Below, piece by piece: positions 60,088-64,000 of a stretch of 64,000 nucleotides of DNA (position 1 is its first letter; the number at the start of each line of letters is the position of its first letter). The translations under genes were made by a program, and so were the position numbers. The stretch lies in contig NC_043021.1 in NCBI RefSeq assembly GCF_006345805.1, positions 23,808,001 through 23,872,000 of the forward strand, written 5' to 3'. The notes below the pieces were generated by a model. It searched no databases, had not been told where the DNA came from, and was given only the letters and a program-made list of their open reading frames with translations. The DNA comes from Octopus sinensis (Eukaryota).

Positions 60088-63000
60088 CTTTGATGTATCG
60101 TTGACGATCGGCTCGTAAGTTAACTACTTATTTTTTGTGTTTCTCGAAAAGTCTCGTTGTAAATTTTGCACACGGAGTGTGTAAGACATCCAGCTTCGTC
60201 TGGGTGTGTTTTCCGGAGGGGCTTATGCCCCTAGGGGCATTTTCAGCCTCAATATATTTCACATTTTGGCTGCAATAACTTGTTTTTTAACATAATGTCG
60301 GCGAAGCGTTTCTAGTATTACGAACGCTGTTCTCTTTCTTCTCGTTTGTATCCTTGTTTACGTTCCACATTGTCGTAGTGTTGTGACTTTCCAAACGCCC
60401 AACTTTCGTTTGAGCCTGTGTTAAATATTAATCGCCCATAAGGGTTTCAATCTATTTTTATTTTTTCTCTTGAAACAAAAAATATAATGTCAAGAATCTT
60501 ATAGTGGAAAAATATTCTGCTAGTTTTCTGAAGAAAACTTCCCAGTTTGCAAAACAATCGACAAACGCGCTGACAGTAAAATGGATAATACTCAAACCAC
60601 CACCACCACCACCACCACCACTCCACCACCACGTCATCCACTACCTCAACTACCAACAACACAACAATGACAACAAGAATAACAACAATTGCGACACCAT
60701 TCGATATCTGCTGCCTCGGCTGTCTCTTCTTGCCACTGACACCACCACCAACAACAAAAACAACAACAACAACAATCCGTTCAGACCTTTTTACTCCAAC
60801 AACAAAACTGAAGTAAATAAACAAAAACTGTAACCACCAAACAAATTGACAAAAGCTGCCCGAATACAGGATAAATTATGAAATAATTTTCCACCCCTTC
60901 CTACTTGCACAATCGAACCAACACACCAATTTTACAAACTGCAGCCAACAACAACCAACATCACCAACCACAACAACAATAACAAACAACACAAATTTCG
61001 CTGAGGCGATTAAGAAAAAAAACAAATATATTTTACGGCTCAACAAATACAGGACACGAACATTACAATAACAGAATTAGATGGTATAGTGAAGATAAAC
61101 ATACCAGAAGAAATATTGGAAGATGAAAAAAAAAGAACAATTATTTATAAAATAATTAATAAGAAAACAAAAAGCCCAGAGAAGGCTACCACAAGCAAAA
61201 TAGAAAAATGCTTGAAACCCATCTGGAACTACAAAGACTATGTAACCTGGTGGAACAAGTTCGCCCACATACAAGTGGTTTTCCACACCGAAGAGTTAGC
61301 TAGACGTTTCTCAACGCTAACTCTTCATTCAGATGAACTCCAACTTACACCAAGCTATCGGGGACAGAAAGTGACTAAGATCACTTAAACAATGTCCCCA
61401 AAATAGCTAATAATCTATGGCTGTAAAGGCTTATGTGTAAAAATGACAAATTTTACTATTTTAGAAACCACGGTCACGGAGCATAAAACTGGGTGGGAAA
61501 AAAGTAGAATTTCTTCTACATATAAATCAAGAAGACATAAAAAAAAATACCCACCCAGATATGTGTATCAGACGACCACAATTTGTATGTGGTCGTCGAT
61601 GGCAGAAGACCACGTTGCTACATATGCGGCAGTGAGCAACACCTAAAAAAGACTGCAAATCTGCCGCAAGAAAACAACAGCAACAACAACAGCAGCCGAA
61701 AAAAAAAACAAATAAACCAGGTTTACTACCCACACCACCACTTTTGCAGGAACAACCTCACCAACCAAACAACCACAACAACTGCAGCAGCACCAAGAAC
61801 AGAAGCAACATCACAACAACAACACCAAGAATAACCAACTCCCAAACCAAGGACATCTGCCAAAAAGACACTCAGCGAAAATGAAGAAACAATTACAACT
61901 CCAAATCCCCACAAAATTGAGACCCCAAACAACACAACAATACCTACAATCACTCAAACACAAAATACCCACACCCCACCTCCAAAACCGCATACACCAC
62001 AACCAAACGCTCACCAACCAACACCAATAACAAAATCAACACAGCCGACAATAGACCCCAATATTTTCCCTCTTCCAGGCTCTGATTCGTCTGATTTGTC
62101 ATTAGACGAAGAAGACACGGAAGATTGGCAAATAGCCACAGGGGGGAGAAGAAAAAGGGAAAAAAAAGAAAAGAAAAAATAACAAATAAGCAGGAAGATA
62201 CACCACTCCCGACACAAAAACATCCACAGAAACAAACACATCACACAAACACACCATCATCAAACCCCCCAACAATGTTGACAGCCATAAACACAAACAA
62301 CCACGACCTAATGGAACACATTAGGTCAAACACCAACATAACTGAAAACGACATAAAAACAAGTAACCACCCACACACACACCACCACAACACATTAAAA
62401 TAATACACGTAACACAGAACACATACAGCACCCTGAAATCTCTTTACACTGATGCGTAGGAGATTTCAAAAGTATTCATCGAAAAACTGTACAAAAGCCT
62501 CATAGAAGAAGACCCTGAGGTGAAAGACAAAGGACTTTCGAACAACAAGTAACCTTTTCTCTCTCTCTTTCCTTTTTTTGCACTTTCTTTTCGTGTGTAA
62601 AACACAATTTTATCGGAACATGCTCAGAATAGGCAGTATAAATGTACGTGGTTTGGGGTCGCCTTGGAAACAAGGCTACCTGTTAAATGACATCAAATCA
62701 CTAAATCTGAATATCATAGCCATCAGTGAGACCAGACTCCACAGCTTGCGGGCACTCCAGCACATTTTCGGTACACATTTCAACATTTATTTTTCTCCGT
62801 GTCTACCGAGAATGGGCGAAGGTGGCACCGCAGTGCTTATCCGGAAGAGTCTGGATCTCAAAGTAAGAGCAAATTTCCTAGACCCGGAGGGTAGGCTGGT
62901 CGTTTTGGATGTCGATGGCAGCAATGAGTGTGCTTTTCGACTGATAGCAGTTTATGCTCCGTCTTTAACAGGCCGACCAGATTTCTTTCGACGTCTAGAG

Positions 63001-64000
63001 TCTTTCATGGGAACGTCTCGTCCTTTACTTTTAGTGGGGGGTTGGAATGCCACCCTGGACACGCATCTAGACTACGTGGGCAGAGATAGCAATAGAAGGG
63101 GATGCAAATGCCTCAAATACCTGCTCAGACGTTTCCAACTGTCTGACAGGTACCGACTGGACCACCCGAATGTGCCAATGAGGACATGGAGTAACCGCAT
63201 CGGGTCGTCCAGATCATACTTAGATAGAGTATTCTGTAGGACAATAGATAAAAATAGTGTATGTTGTCCACAATTTCATATAGTCAGTTACACAGATCAC
63301 AAGTTTGTGACTTGTACACTTGACTTAGATAAGACACATAGGCAGGGTCCTGGTTACTGGAAATTGAACGCGTCTTTTACAGCACGACAGGTTTACAGGG
63401 ACCGGATCAGCACATTAGTTAAGAGAGCTTTGACGGGTACCATCATCAACAACAGATGGTGGTATGCCCTAAAAAAAGCAATTAAAGCAGAATCAGTCAG
63501 ATACAGTAGAGCCCTAGCATTAGACCGAAATAGAATAGAGGGAGAATTAGTTAAGGTTTTAGAAGAGGCACTTAGAACTGGCATCGCGTCCAACGTGCTG
63601 GCGGCGAGATTGGCCCTCGGCCAACACCTCAACACCAAACACGAGGGATGCGTTGTCAGAGCTAGGATGCGTGCTCTGAGGAACGAAGGAGTTGGAGCCG
63701 CCCAAGAGGCCCGAGTGGTGGAGAAGCAACGAGGCAACAGAGCCACCATCAAGTCTCTTATAGATGAACAGGGGCGCGAATTGCTCGAGCCTAAAAGGAT
63801 GTGTGGGGCTTTTCAACAACACTTCACCCAACTGTTTGGGACAAGAGGTGAGTCAGAACGCAGAGTGGACTTTAGTGCCTACCTGCATGCCTTGCCACGA
63901 CTCTCAGCAAGAGAGGTGGAGTCTTGTGAAAGGCCTATCACATCTGCGGACGTACAGGATGCGATGGTAGGCTGTGCGAGAGACAAGTCACCAGGCTTGG
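60088..64000 (+). mobile_element. Tx1-clade copy E, third subfamily, runs off the window
   Basis: 5' UTR motifs; decayed ORF1 from ATG 60487 (GRRPRCYICGSEQHL; WQIATGGRR); ORF2 from 62620. Confidence 0.93.
62620..64000 (+). CDS. Tx1 copy E ORF2 N-terminal part (absent from the ORF track)
   Basis: Manual translation is open for 460 codons from MLRIGSINVRGLGSPWKQG to DKSPGL; the endonuclease motif GDWN reads GGWN. Confidence 0.85.
   Translation, partial: MLRIGSINVRGLGSPWKQGYLLNDIKSLNLNIIAISETRLHSLRALQHIFGTHFNIYFSPCLPRMGEGGTAVLIRKSLDLKVRANFLDPEGRLVVLDVDGSNECAFRLIAVYAPSLTGRPDFFRRLESFMGTSRPLLLVGGWNATLDTHLDYVGRDSNRRGCKCLKYLLRRFQLSDRYRLDHPNVPMRTWSNRIGSSRSYLDRVFCRTIDKNSVCCPQFHIVSYTDHKFVTCTLDLDKTHRQGPGYWKLNASFTARQVYRDRISTLVKRALTGTIINNRWWYALKKAIKAESVRYSRALALDRNRIEGELVKVLEEALRTGIASNVLAARLALGQHLNTKHEGCVVRARMRALRNEGVGAAQEARVVEKQRGNRATIKSLIDEQGRELLEPKRMCGAFQQHFTQLFGTRGESERRVDFSAYLHALPRLSAREVESCERPITSADVQDAMVGCARDKSPGL

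Overview
Eukaryotic, AT-rich, microsatellite-dense DNA. The SINE and repeat content suggests an octopod cephalopod (inference). Most ORF-track entries are microsatellite artefacts. (1) A minus-strand stanniocalcin-family host gene that the ORF track largely misses: exons 23748-23908 and 18299-18525, probable last exon 11441-11498, with vertebrate-like cysteine spacing and intron phases. Its first exon was not found. (2) Five same-strand Tx1/L1-clade non-LTR retrotransposons, all inserted in (TATC)n/(GATA)n tracts with no poly(A) tail; three diverged long copies form a head-to-tail array from 47.4 kb to the window end. (3) A Dong/R4-clade element and a short passenger repeat confined to (TAA)n. 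(4) Penelope-like relics and eight type-I hammerhead ribozyme motifs with canonical cores, often as back-to-back inverted pairs in (TA)n, plus a spacer-less palindrome of about 1.9 kb. (5) A decayed Mag-like Gypsy element nested in a TIR element, mariner and Tc1 relics, MITEs and tRNA-derived SINEs. All calls are by eye; no database searches were run and boundaries inside microsatellites are approximate.
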